Shown here: positions 12,101 to 25,500 of the stretch, piece by piece
Numbering within the stretch: position 1 is the first letter of the stretch
Layout: each line of letters starts with the position of its first letter
NCBI RefSeq assembly: GCF_006345805.1
Contig: NC_043018.1
Coordinates: forward strand, 21,080,001-21,144,000
Length of the DNA stretch: 64,000 nt
Direction: 5' to 3'
DNA from: Octopus sinensis
Taxonomy: Eukaryota
The notes under the pieces: generated by a model
Told to the model about the DNA's origin: nothing
What the model saw: the letters and a program-made list of their open reading frames with translations, nothing else
The model's database searches: none
Program-made: the position numbers and the translations under genes

Positions 12101-15100
12101 CTTCTTTTTATCAGTGGCTTGGATGAAAAAATATTTGTGGACTGCTTGAAATTCATGGATAGTCACCTTGAAAAAACTGCTGGAAAAAAAGCTTTTGAAA
12201 AATTTTATATTGAAACAGGAGGTAAAATAGTTTTCATTTCTAAAACATTATTTACATAGACTGCAGAAATATGTCCGAACTTAACTTAGCCATTGTTCCA
12301 CAGTAACAGCCAATACTTATTTATCTACAGACATCAGTTCCTGGTCTCATGTTTTTGTGTGAAATGATGTATTACAGAAGTCATTACAGACCCATTATGC
12401 AAACCCCTACTGGGTTTTTTTCCTATACAACATAAGGAAATTTGACTTGAAGATTTACATTTATTTATTGTTATATCAGCTAACCCCTTTTACATGCTAG
12501 ATCTGTTGTAATTAAATCTTATATCATGGAGTTGAACTGTAAATTATTTTACCTTGACTGGATTCTCAATGCCTTCTGAATCAATTGAACAGTGAATGTC
12601 TTTGTAAATGCTTGTTAGAACAAAGTTCTGTCCTTCGTTAGCATAATTAATAAATATACTGATCTAAAACTTAGCCCTAAATGATGTATTTACAAACAGA
12701 ACACGGACATGTTATTGGTAGACAGATGGTCATGGTTGTGGTAACTCTACTTGACTAATGAATTAGTTTTGCTTCTACCTGTTTTGGTGATTAACCATTA
12801 GAAAGACATCTAACTTTTAGCAAAAGCAGGTCTCCAACAATGTATAAATATAAAGATCCTCTCAGCTGTGCTGGCCCAGAAAACTTGGCTTAATTGAAAT
12901 AGGACAAGTTTTAGGGTAGGATCATGTAAAAGAAGCTAATGGAACTAGATTTGTAGACAGTTAATTATACTTTGAACCTTTTTACTGCTGAAATCAGATC
13001 TATCCACTCAAAATTTCATTACCCTTAATTATGGAAAGCAGTTTATATCATTGTTTAACGTCTGCTTTCCATGCTGGCATGGGTTGGATGGTTTGACATG
13101 TAGCTGGCCGGCTGGGAGCTGTCCAGACAACAATTGTCTATATATTATTTACTAGCAGTATCGCCCGGCGTTGCTCGGGTTTGTAAGGGAAATAACTATA
13201 TAAGCATTTTTAGAGATGTAAAGTATAATAGCCATCTCAATATGGCTAACCACAAAGCAGGGTGTTACTGTAGCTTTTTACGTTCTGAGATTTAGTAATA
13301 AATTTTTAGAGAGTTACTTCCCTTATATATGCCAAAAATGCATTAAAAATGGAAAAAATTGATGGTAAATTTTTTTTTAAATCGTAGACTCATCGTAGAC
13401 GCGCGCTAATACCCAGAAGGGCTCGATATGAATCACGACTATAAGATACCCGGTTTTGGTTAAACTGCAGCACAAAATGTGGGAGTAGTTAGGAATCTAA
13501 ATCGTAGGAGACAGACTCTCACACAACCTCACTTTTATATATTATTTATATGCTAATCTTATCTTTTGTTGAGGAATGTTGTGTTTGAAACTACTTTCTG
13601 TTGAGACATGTCAAGTTTATTGAAGCAGTGTGACTTGCAGAAAATACCAATTCTATTTTGTGGAAGATATTTAACATCATTACTGGAATAACCATAAAAT
13701 TTAACTTCACAGCAAAAGGGTTAAACAAAACTATCAAATATGCAACAACATATTTTTGATGTGTTTATTAAACTGACTAATTTTTCATTTCAGATTTATG
13801 TGGTCTGCTTCTGGCTGCTGCTAATTTATCACCCCAGTTTGCAACAAAGATTTTGAAGTTTTTCAATAAATTATTCATGCTTGGTGAGTAGACACAAATT
13901 ATTTTGTCTGAATTAAATTAACACTTCAGCATTTACACCAGCTTCATCCAGCCTATATATTCTTCCTGTTTTGTGTTAAAACTGACCAGATCCTACCTCC
14001 CACACCTGTTCTACAATGTTATTCTGAAATAGTCATATTATCGAAATGTTGAAGTTATGACATAATGTATAATTAATTCAGAATAATTATCTGGTTTGGA
14101 AATTTTAGTAATGTAATTGTTTATTGTTAGAATGATATGAGTGGGCACGTAAAAGCACCATTCGTTCGTGTCCGTTGCCAGCCTCGCCTGGCCCCCGTGC
14201 CGGTGACACGTAAAAGCACCATCCGTTCGTGGCTGCTTGCCAGCTCTGTCTGGCACCTGTGCGGGTGGCACGTAAAAAGCACCCACTACACTCACGGAGT
14301 GGTTGGCGTTAGGAAGGGCATCCAGCCGTAGAAACACAGCCAGATCTGACTGGGCCTGACGAAGCCTTCCAGCTTCACAGACCCCAGTTGAACCGTCCAA
14401 CCCATGCTAGCATGGAAAGCGGACGCTAAATGATGATGATGTTGTTGTAAGGTAAGTGTGAGGGGCCAGTTTGAACATAAAACAGGTAAAATATTTGGGC
14501 TGGATATGGCCAAAAGGGATATATGCTAAAGGGTTAAAACCAGGGGAATTATATTTCCTTTGAATTATATTCTTTTTTTTTTTTTTTTAATATTTTCAGC
14601 TGAAAAAAATCCAAATGACAAAGACTATGAATCCTTGTGTGGCTGCTTAACAAAATTGGCCTCGGTTGACATAGCAACACTACAGACGTGGTTATGGAAA
14701 ATTGCTTTGACTACACCCCAGGTAACTTTCTCTTTTACTTAAGCATGGCCAGTTTACTAAGTTATAGAACTTTGGTTTGTTCCGTGTTTTTCTGTTAAAA
14801 ACCTTAACCCTTTAGTGTTAAATTATTCTGTTAAATGTAATACTTCTTCATTCAAATTCATCATCATCATCAACTTGAATTAATAATGCATTATCTTATA
14901 GTTTTCGAGGTTTCAATAATGTCACTATTTATTTTTAGAGTGTCAATGTAGGGTAGGTGTGAAAGGCTAGATATCACTAATTTGAATATAAAACATGCAG
15001 AATATTTGAGCTGGATGTGGCCGGTTCAAACACTAAAGGGTTAATGTACAAGAGGGTGCTGAAAAGTTCCTGGTTTTAAGCGTATTATGAAAGGCCTGGT

Positions 15101-16126
15101 TGGAGGCCCAACTTTCCGAGTACTTTTACAGGGCTTAGGAAAACCGAATGACCTCTTCAATAAGTGTGAATCTGAGAGGGGATTATGTTGGATAAAATCA
15201 TAATTAACTGATCCGCCACTATTCTCTTTTACCCAACACCAAGAACTTTTCAGTACCCACTCATATATACCTAATGACTTGATCTGGCCTAAATATATAC
15301 AGTAATCCCTCGACTGTGGAGGCGCAATGGCCCAGTGGTTAGGGCAGCGGACTCGCGGTCATAGGATCGAGGTTTCGATTCCCAGACCGGGCATTGTGAG
15401 TGTTTATTGAGCGAAAACACCTAAAGCTCCACGAGGCTCCGGCAGGGGATGGTGGTGATCCCTGCTGTACTCTTTCACCACAACTTTCTCTCACTCTTAC
15501 CTCCTGTTTCTGTTGTACCTGTATTTCAAAGGGCCGGCCTTGTCACTTTCTGTGTCATGCTGAATATCCCCGAGAACTACGTTAAGGGTACACGTGTCTG
15601 TGGAGTGCTCATCCACTTACACGTTAATTTTACGAGCAGGCTGTTCCGTTGATTCGGATCAACCGGAACCCTCGTCGTCGTAACCGACGGAGTGCTTCCA
15701 TAATCCCTCGACTATCGCAGGAGTTACATTCCACCCCCATGATAGGTGAAAATCTGAGAAGTAGAAACAATACTCTGCTGTATATTTTTTTAAAATTATT
15801 TTTTACAATTTGTATATATTTTATTATAAATGCAAAACTAGAACTAAAAAAAATATATTAGAAAATTATTTTAAACATATTTTCAAATTCAGTACTTAGT
15901 GTTAAATGAAAAAAACTTAACTATTTTAGGATTCTACTGAAGAAGCTGCAATGAAAGAAAACAGAATGCTGCTACAGAGCCTGACTGGGTTCTTTGTTAA
16001 AGATAAAAGGTAAAGAGTTTATTTGAATCATTTCTGTGTTCCTCAATGCTTTCATTTTGTTTAATCAAACGACTATTCTCTTTTGCATATATTTTTTTCA
16101 CTTACTTCAGTTAATATATATATATA

Positions 16127-16190
<64 letters not shown>

Positions 16191-16486
16191 GAGGCGCAAT
16201 GGCCCAGTGGTTAGGGCAGCGGACTCGCGGTCGTAGGATCGTGGTTTCGATTCCCAGACCGAGCGTTGTGAGTGTTTATTGAGCGAAAACACCTAAAAGC
16301 TCCACGAGGCTCCAGCAGGGGGGGGAGGGGGCGACCCCTGTTGTACTCTTTCACCACTCTTTCTTCTGTTGGCCTGCTCGCTTAGCCAGTGGGGTGGCGT
16401 CATTCGAAGACTAAAACAATGCAAACGCATTGTGACCAGCAATGTGTAACTACATCTGATGGACTGGTCGGTCACGTGATCACGTG

Positions 16487-16534
<48 letters not shown>

Positions 16535-19500
16535 TTGAATATTCTCTAGTTTACATTAGTTTGTTATTCTGGTTGACACCATTTTTATTTTAAGTGTTTA
16601 CCTTGAATCAAAACGTATTTAAGAAGTAAATGGCAATCCAAAGATTGATTGAAGTAAGTTTGCACAATTAAGTTTTAAGGTTCATAGGCGTAGGAGTGGC
16701 TGTGTGGTAAGTAGCTTGCTTACCAACCACATGGTTCTTGGTTCAGTCCCACTGCGTGGCACCTTGGGCAAGTGTCTTCTACTATAGCCTCAGGCCGACC
16801 AAAACCTTGTAAGTGGATTTGGTAGATGGAAACTGAAAGAAGCCCATCATATATATTGGGTTGGTGCATAATGAGTGTGGTTTTTTTTCAACAATGTAAA
16901 GTAATTCAAGCAGTCTAAGAAAATTTGTTCAATATCAAACAAACTGAACTTATTTGAAAAACTATAGAAAATGTATTGGAGATCTGTTATTGCTGTTTTT
17001 ACAAATAATGAGGAACTTTTTGAAGCATAGAATCTTTTAGAAACAAAGATATAATTATATATATTTGTTTTTTTTTTTTATATTTCAGCCCAGTCAGTGA
17101 GAAAGTAGCTCAAACAATTCTTGTTACATTAATTCCAATGGGTACAAAAATTCTAGCTTCCAATAATGATAGTCAAGGTTTCTCTGATCTTGTCAGTGTA
17201 ATGAGATCTTTAGCTGGAGCTGGTCAGGGAAGTGGTCATAAGGCACTGTTCCAGGCTGCTGTTGGATGGTTGGAGACTTGGTAAGTTGTACTTTTTATGC
17301 TGTTAACTCTTTAACTCTTTTTGCAAATCCATAAACCAAAATAACACATTATACTCTCTACCCATCAAGTTCAAAAAGCAAATTTTTTTACTTTATCCAC
17401 TGCATGGGTAAACACTTGCAAATATAGAATTTTTTATCATTAAAGTGCTGTAAATGTAATTTTATTCACTTTAGAATATAATTTTTTTTAATACAGCATA
17501 AAATTAAATGAATATGTAACAAACGCAGCAAATAAGTTGTAAAATAGTGGCCTAAATGAGATGTATACCTCATATTGAAACAGCTTGTAGATTTTGCCAT
17601 GATCCTTCTTTGACTACAAGAACACAAGTGTATCATCGATACAAACATACCTCTTTGAAACTTTCAGGAAAATGTGTCATAGAGTTTATTGGCACCTTAG
17701 AGACAAATTTCACTCTGAAGGAATTCTTTTGAAAACAAATCAAGTTTGGAGAGTTTTACTTTCCAAAACACTTCTTGTTGTCATTTAAATCTATCAAATA
17801 ATACACTGTATTATCTCATTTCTTCACAACCACCAAGCTATTAACATAGTCATTCGGTTCCTGAAGAGCTGAAATCCACCGAGTTACCATATGACTCAGT
17901 GGATTTTAGTCTTACATTACAAGCTAAAGTTGGTGTTATTTGAAGCTCTACAGTAATTGTCTGATCACTTTAAGAAACACCAAAACATTCAAAGACATCT
18001 GCTAACTTTTCTAATACATTTGCAAGGCTTAATGCTATTTGTGTTGGAAGTTCTTCAACCTCTTTGAAATAATTCCCAAATTTACGCAATCTTCACTGCC
18101 AATTGTCTCTTAAATATGGCAGTCTCTATGAAACCTGTAGAAATAGTATACTTCTTGTGTGTACCTCTGGTAGTTAGTTCTACAGGTGTCATAATTTGTA
18201 AAAGACTAGCATTTCTTCTTTATTGATAATGACTTAAAGTAATTTCTCTGTAACAATCATTGATAACACTGTGTGCCTGAGTCTAATAATTCTTCCTAAT
18301 TATTCTTCAATAGATATACCTACATATATTTACCACTATTTAGTGTGTCCACAAATAATGCACCTGTTTCCCTGGTGGTTAATTAGATTATTTGGTTTCA
18401 TGATTGAATATTATATTGAATGAAATGTCATCTCACAGACAAGTATAATGACAGATACTAATAATATGAAGTATTAAAGTTAACAATAATTCATCTGAGA
18501 TGTGTTACAAGAACTTGGGTGGGTGGGACTAGAAAAGTTAATTAGCATACCAAGAAATTATGCATTCGTTTATATTGATATAATTTTCACTCCACATACT
18601 GGAATTAAAATTGAATGCAATCTTAGATTTAGCTTCAATGCTTTAATGTTCCTTAACATTTATTTCAGTTATTCTCACCTTTCTCAAAAAGATGTCATGG
18701 AAAAAATCAAAGAAAATGTGAAATCTGGAAAGGTAAAAAATTTTTAATCACCTGTGAGCAAGAGAAAAGAAAAAAAAAAAGAAAGAAATCCTGTTTTTTT
18801 TTTTTTTTTTCTAAGCCAGAAGGCTGGCATTTTTCTTTTGGCTAATTTAACATTTTAGTGAAATTTGAACATCTATATTCTTATTTTAAATCTCTTTTCT
18901 ACTTGAGTTAGGGTTGTTAGGAATAATTTTATATTCAGAAGTCCTTACCAATAGATCTTTTCTGGAGCAAATCTGACTTTTATGTTGTTTTGTCAAAGTA
19001 CCCCTACACACATCAATGGTTCTATTAAGGTTTGAACTTATTACAGTGTAGTCATTAATCCATCATTTGAACTGTAAAGCTATTGTTGTCCATACCTCTA
19101 CTACTCTTATGCAATGAGAAAAAAAAAATTCACACCTGAAGTCTTTCTGATCTTTCTGATAGATACCCTGCAAGACAAGCACAAAAAATTTAATTAATTA
19201 ATATACTTTAGTATAAATTAAATTAAAATATTCATTGTATACAGTGCTGTTTGTAAACAAGGATGATTTAGTGGATTGCTGTATAGGTTGACACATGTCT
19301 TCCTTAAAGTATATTGATATATTTATTGTGAGAAATTTTATAAAATATATGTTTATTATGGATAACTATCAAAGATATTCAAGTCTACATAACTTATTTT
19401 TCCTGTGGTCTGCATTTCCAGCAGAGTACTTAATCCCAAAGTCTCCTGTCAGTCAAATTCTCATGGCAATAAAACAATTTGCTATCAGTTTCATGTGGTA

Positions 19501-22500
19501 GGTCTCAGTTATTCCACACTTGGCAAATTGCTATAAATTTCTGTTAGTCCTAACATCTTTCAGTAATAACATAAAATAATCAAGTTTGGGGGTCGTCTTT
19601 ATTCTTATGTATATCACTTTTTCTTGTTTTTGTTTTTGTAGCATCTGTCCATCTTGGATGCAATGTGTTCCTTGCTTTCTCACGTGGGAGAGGTGCTCAG
19701 TGCACTGAAAAGAAATTCTGAAAGGTAAATTCCGATACTTACATAAATTGTTTGATTTTTGTGTTCTGGCACCCCATCATTATCATCGTCTTCTTTCCAG
19801 CTACTCCTGCCCACCATTGCATAATGCAAGGTAGCCGTGTTTCTCTTCTATAGAAAGACACCTGTGCTTGCCCCTCTATTATACTTAAATCTCTCGACAC
19901 CTGACATAAAACTACTAATCCTTTCCCTTTCAACACCCTCGAGGGGGCCTTTTCCTTTCTTGTTTCTTGTACTTGACAACCTTACTAATGCTGTCACACT
20001 CTAACCTTTCATTATCTGACACAAGAGCCCCCTCCTCCATTGTCCCCTCTCCTCTCATAATTCCTTGTCTTGCAAGTTACTTGGTGATCCTGCCACTGCT
20101 AGTGCCACTTAAAAAGCATCTAGTCCACACTGAAGTGGTTGGCATTTGGAAGGGCATCCAGCTGTAAAAACCATACCAAAACTGACCTCACCCGTGCTGG
20201 TGCCATGTAAAAAGCACTCGGGGCCACTTTATGGGGTGGTTGGTGTTTAGGAAAGGCAAAACTAACGCAGTAGCCTAGGGTGGTCTTCTAGCTGGCCTGC
20301 TCCTGTCAAACTGCCCAACCCATGCTTGCATGGAAGGCAGACGTTAAATGATGATGATGAAGAGTATTCAGCCACCATTCCAAAGCTGATATAGAAACTC
20401 AATGCCAGTCTGATGGGGCCAAAGCCTACCCTTTTGCTCCAATATCTGCTTTGGCAGTGTTTCTGCAATTGGATGCACCTTCCTAATACCAGCCACTTTA
20501 CAGAGTGTACTGGGTACTTTTTTTGTGGTACTAGCACTAGTAAGATTACAATGTAGTTTGCAAGACTAAGATCCTCATAGACTGAGTGGAGCTACAGTAG
20601 AGAGGGAGGTAACCTTATGCTATAAGATGTGGGGGTTAAAGTTTTAGGGAACAGACCGGAACAGATTTGTTGCTGTGGAGGAGCTGCATGGCTACTCATG
20701 TTATCGAGGAGAGGGTGGGAATCATTAGGTATGAGACACCTTTCTGTATAACTTGATTAACTATCCCAGGTGCTAACTGTGTATCCTACCTCACCAGATA
20801 TTTTGAGCGTCCTTGCAACTATTCCTGATGGACCCACAGCTTTTCCTTTCTGCATGCCTTTAATCATTTGATCAACCATGCTGCTCTCAACTTGAATTGC
20901 AGGTCTCTCCTTGTAGGGTCAGCATGAGAAGGTCCCTCTTTATCCCATGTATTCTACATGTTCAATAAGCTCTTATAGTAGCACTTCAACACCATTTTCT
21001 TGTGTATAATTATTAGATTTGGTTTTATGACTGTAAAAGGTTTCAGTTTTCCCCTTGGAGTTATCAAGTCGGTTCTAATGTGTCTGTTTTCTTGTTTTCT
21101 TTTACAGAGGTGGAGCCACTTCCCCTCCAATAGACCATGATGCTACAACTGCACAGGTAAGAACAAATCAGATTAGAGCAGAGCTTGGTAAACTAATGTC
21201 ATTGACTCCTTCAAGGAATCATTTGATAACCTATACACCTCCATCAACCCAGAAAGGATGGCAGGCACAGTAGACCTAGGCAGAATTTGAGCTCAGCGTA
21301 AAAATGGACAGGATGCTGCTAAGCATTTTGCCTGGTGTGCTAAGGATCCTGCCAGCTCACCACCTTAATTTCTGAAATAATATTCATCATCATTCTTTGA
21401 CATCCGTTTTCCATGCTGGCATGGGTTGGATGGTTTGACTAGGGACTGGCAAGCCAGAAGGCTGCACAAGGCTCCAATTTGATCTGGCAAGGTTTCTACA
21501 GCTGGATGCCTTTCCTAATGCCAACCACTCCAAGAGTGTAGTGGGTGCTTTTTACGTGCCACCGGCACCGACCACTTTTGGATGGTACTTTTTACATGCC
21601 AGTCGGTGGGGGGCATTGACCATGATTGGATGGTGCTTTTTTACGTGCCGCTGGAATGGGGAGCCAGTCAGTATAATTAATAAAAAATTTTTTGATTTAA
21701 AAACAATAATTCCTTTATTCTTTTGTGTTGTTACTGTTTTTTTAATAAGAAATATTTAAAGAAATGTAATGGAAACAATCAATAAAATTGAGAAAGAGCA
21801 ATAAAAGTTCATATTGATACAGTCGGAATATATAATGTGAAGGCACATGGTTCATTGGTTAGAGCATCAGGCTCACAATCATGAGGTAGTGAGTTCAATT
21901 CCCAGACTGTGTGTTGTATTCTTGAGCAAGACACTTTATTTCACATTACTCCAGTTCACTCAGCTGTAGAAACATCACTGGTGCCAAATTGTATCAGCCT
22001 TTGTCTTTCCCTTGGATAACATCGGTGACACAGAGAGGGGAAGGTGGTATGCATGGGCGACTGCTGGTCTTCCTTAAACAACCTTGCTTGGGTTTGTTCC
22101 TTGGAGGGGAACTTTCTAGGTGCGATCAGATTGGAGCCTGGAACAGCCATCTGGTTCGCCAGACCTCAGTCAAATCGTCCAACCCATGTTAGCATGGAAA
22201 GCGGATGTTAAACAATGATGTGGTGAATCCGATGGTCATTCACGACCAAAGGAGGTCTTTATCCTATATAATGTGAAATATCTGTTTAGTGAATATTAGT
22301 TATTGCATTGATATTTGGTTTGAAATTAGCAAGTTTTATCCTTAAATTACTGCACTCTTCCTGATGCAGTTTGCTAATATTTCAATGTCCTGAATCTCAG
22401 AATCGCTTCAGGCGTTTATTGGATCCCCACTGCACCCTGGAGATCAATATCGACCACTTTGCTGACAGCTGTATTAGGCCTAACAAAATGAATTGTGTTA

Positions 22501-25500
22501 TTAAAACAGTGGTTGCGATGAATGTTTTTTTTGTTTCCTCGTTAAATTGTTCTTATGCAAAGATCTTTTTTCTTTTCTTTCCCCAAAACGATCTGTTTTA
22601 ATGTTTCTAAAAAATTTTTTAAAAATCAAGCATCAAACATATCTTCATGTTGTTTACTTTTTTTATGATTCTTTATAGGATTTGGATAGTGATTGGGCTG
22701 ATGAAATGGGTGGAGATGATGAAGATTCTGCTGCCGAGGATTCGGTATGTATTTAATTTTGTTCATCTGAGCACAACCTGTTTAAAAATTAATTTACTGT
22801 TTGATTTTTGTACAGGTATTACTTACAAATTCATTACTTCTGAAAAATTGATAAAAACGCAAAAATAATTGGGAGTATCATATCAATTTTTAATTTCAGT
22901 TTTAGGGATCCCAATAAAATTTCTTTAAGCTTGAGTCTAAAAATTGTATGATATAAATTTAAGTGATAAATATTTAGAAACTATAGTAAGCTTCTTGTTT
23001 CAGTGTCTTTTTGAAACCTTTGTGGAAAATTTCTTTTCAAACCAACATTTCAGAAGTCAGTCAATTTCTGTGCAGTTTTGTAATGCTTCTCATGGTCATA
23101 CATAATCATCATTATCATCCTATCATCTTCATCATTTGAAGTCCACTTTCCATACAGAGGAAGGTTGGATGGTTTGACAATATCCTGTGGGTCTGAGGGA
23201 CTGCATTGTGCTTTAGTGTTTTCTTTGGTATAGATTCTTCAGCTGGGTGTCTTTGGATGTCTTTTTTTTTGTCTTTTTTGTGGCACCAGCACTTGTGAGG
23301 TCACCATGCAGCATGGTAGACTAAAATCCCTTTCAACTGAGTGGAACAGCTGTAAATGAGGAGGTGGTTTTATGCTAGGGGATGAGGAAAATGTAACAGA
23401 AGGGGGCCAGAATAGGACAGGTTTGTTGTTGTAGAGAAGCTACATTATAGAAGAGAGTGACCAGGTTGGAGGTGGAAAGTGATAAAATAGTGGTCATGAG
23501 ATGTTATGGTGGACCCTTGAGATACAAGGTGAATAGATGTGAGTGGGGAACAGGGAGTGGGGGTGAGTAGAGGCTGCAAGTGTATGGGAGAGTGAAAGAT
23601 TGGGAATGGGTGAAGAGGTGATTAGTATGAAGAACAAGTATTGAGTGGGGTGATAAGTAAGGGAGAGCAGGTGGCTAGTGTAGAAATTAGCTAGGGGTGA
23701 AGGCTGGATGTAGTGGTGGTGGGGAGGTAGGTAAGGGGGAGGAGATGACTGACAGTGCAGAAAAGGTGGGGGTGGTGAGTAGCAGAATAATAGGGAAATG
23801 ATAAGAAAATATGAGAGAGAAAGAAAGAGATAGACAGAGAGAGAGATGATGATGAGGTGTGATTGGGTAGGTTGCAAGTGTGTAGGTAGGTGGGAGAGAC
23901 GAGTAGAGTAAATATGGTCTTGTATATTGGCATTGTTGTCGTTTCTGTTGTTTTACTGGGTTTCCATACTAGAATGGATTTTAACCGTTAGGTTTGCTCT
24001 GCTATGAGTCCCCACTTTTCTTAGTTGGTTCTTCATCATTTTTGTGAGACCCAAATTCTTGGCATCCATTCTCTCATCATTTCTTCTCATACCTTTCATG
24101 GTTTTTTTTTGGTTTTTTCACTGCTGCGAGTACTTTCCATTGTTGGGAATTGGCACATTTTCACCAAGATGCATCCAGCATCCAAGTGAAAATGTCCAAA
24201 CCAGAAGAATCTCCTCTCTCTCTTAGATACATTGAGCTGATGCTTTTCATGGCTGCTCTTCTCTTAGCATATTTTTTGCTCTGCCTTTTTATTATTTTTT
24301 TTTGTTTGTTTTACATTTAGCCTGAAGAGGACGAACAATATCAATTACCACTGCAGGTACTCAATGTTAAATTCTAGTTCAGTTTTATGAAGTTGTTAAA
24401 TACTTAACATTGTGTGCTATGTTGGTGACTAGATGTCTTCTTAACTGCATGACATAACCTGTTACTTAACAATTTGATGCCATGTTATTTCTGAACAGCT
24501 TAGCATTATCTAGTTCATTTCCCGTGTGATATGATATGTTATGTTTTTGGAAGCATGACATGTCGAGTTAACTGTCTCAAAAATAGCCTTACCAAATTTG
24601 TCTCTCGCCTTTTGATTTAGCTTCTACAGTCAGAGCCCACGTCTCACTTAAACATGCAGCAACACAGCTCTCGCGTTTTTGTTTGTTTGGTCTACCTTTC
24701 TCTCGCAGGAAGGTGACAGTTGTGTTAGTCCACACCTTTCTAACTAAACTACATTTTCAGCTTCAGCATTAATTTGTTAAGTAAAAATGAAAAAAAAAAA
24801 TAAAAAGAGACCCCTCTTACTACTACTACTACTACTATTACTACCGGTGTTATTGCTTTGTTACCAGTCTTTGTTACTCAGATCTATTACTATAATTGCT
24901 TTGTTACCAGTGTTATCCTGCTTTGTTATCTAAGTTTTTACTTAGAAATGAAACAATTTTTTTTTTTTTTTTTTTTTTGATACAAACTATTGTACACAAA
25001 GCATTGAAAATTAAAATCGCACACACACCCCCACAGAATTCATATTTACATTGATTTCCTTCATAGTTTCATCTATTTAATCTTTTTAATTTATTTGTTC
25101 CAGGATGAAGAATCCCTGAATAATAAACTATGTACATTTACAATAACTCAAAAAGAATTCATGAACCAACATTGGTAGGTATTGTTAAACTATCTTTTTT
25201 TTTTTTTTTTTTTTACTTGTTTCAGTTATTAGACTGTGACCATTCTGGGGCACTACTTTGGAGAATTTTTAGTCAAATGAATTGATCCCAGAACATTTTC
25301 TTTTCTTCTTTAACCCTTTAGTGTTCGCATTATTCTGCCAAAATGAATGCTTTTTCATCTACACTGTTTTGAACCAATCATGCATTATCTTGTAGCTATG
25401 AGAATTTGATGAGGTAGCTGTTAATTTTTAAAACGATATTGTAGGGTTGGTGTGAGAGACCAGATCTGGCCAGTTTGAACATAAAACAGGCAGAATACTT

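Noticed and set aside
2412-15652. Repeated [12 protein letters not shown].. / MFIERKHLK.. as a small multicopy gene family
   Set aside because: These are translations of the same SINE consensus, not genes.
23300-23940. Purine-rich tract as G-quadruplex array or Ser/Leu/His-rich minus ORFs
   Set aside because: I found no canonical four closely spaced G3 runs; the ORFs reflect low complexity in decayed repeat sequence.
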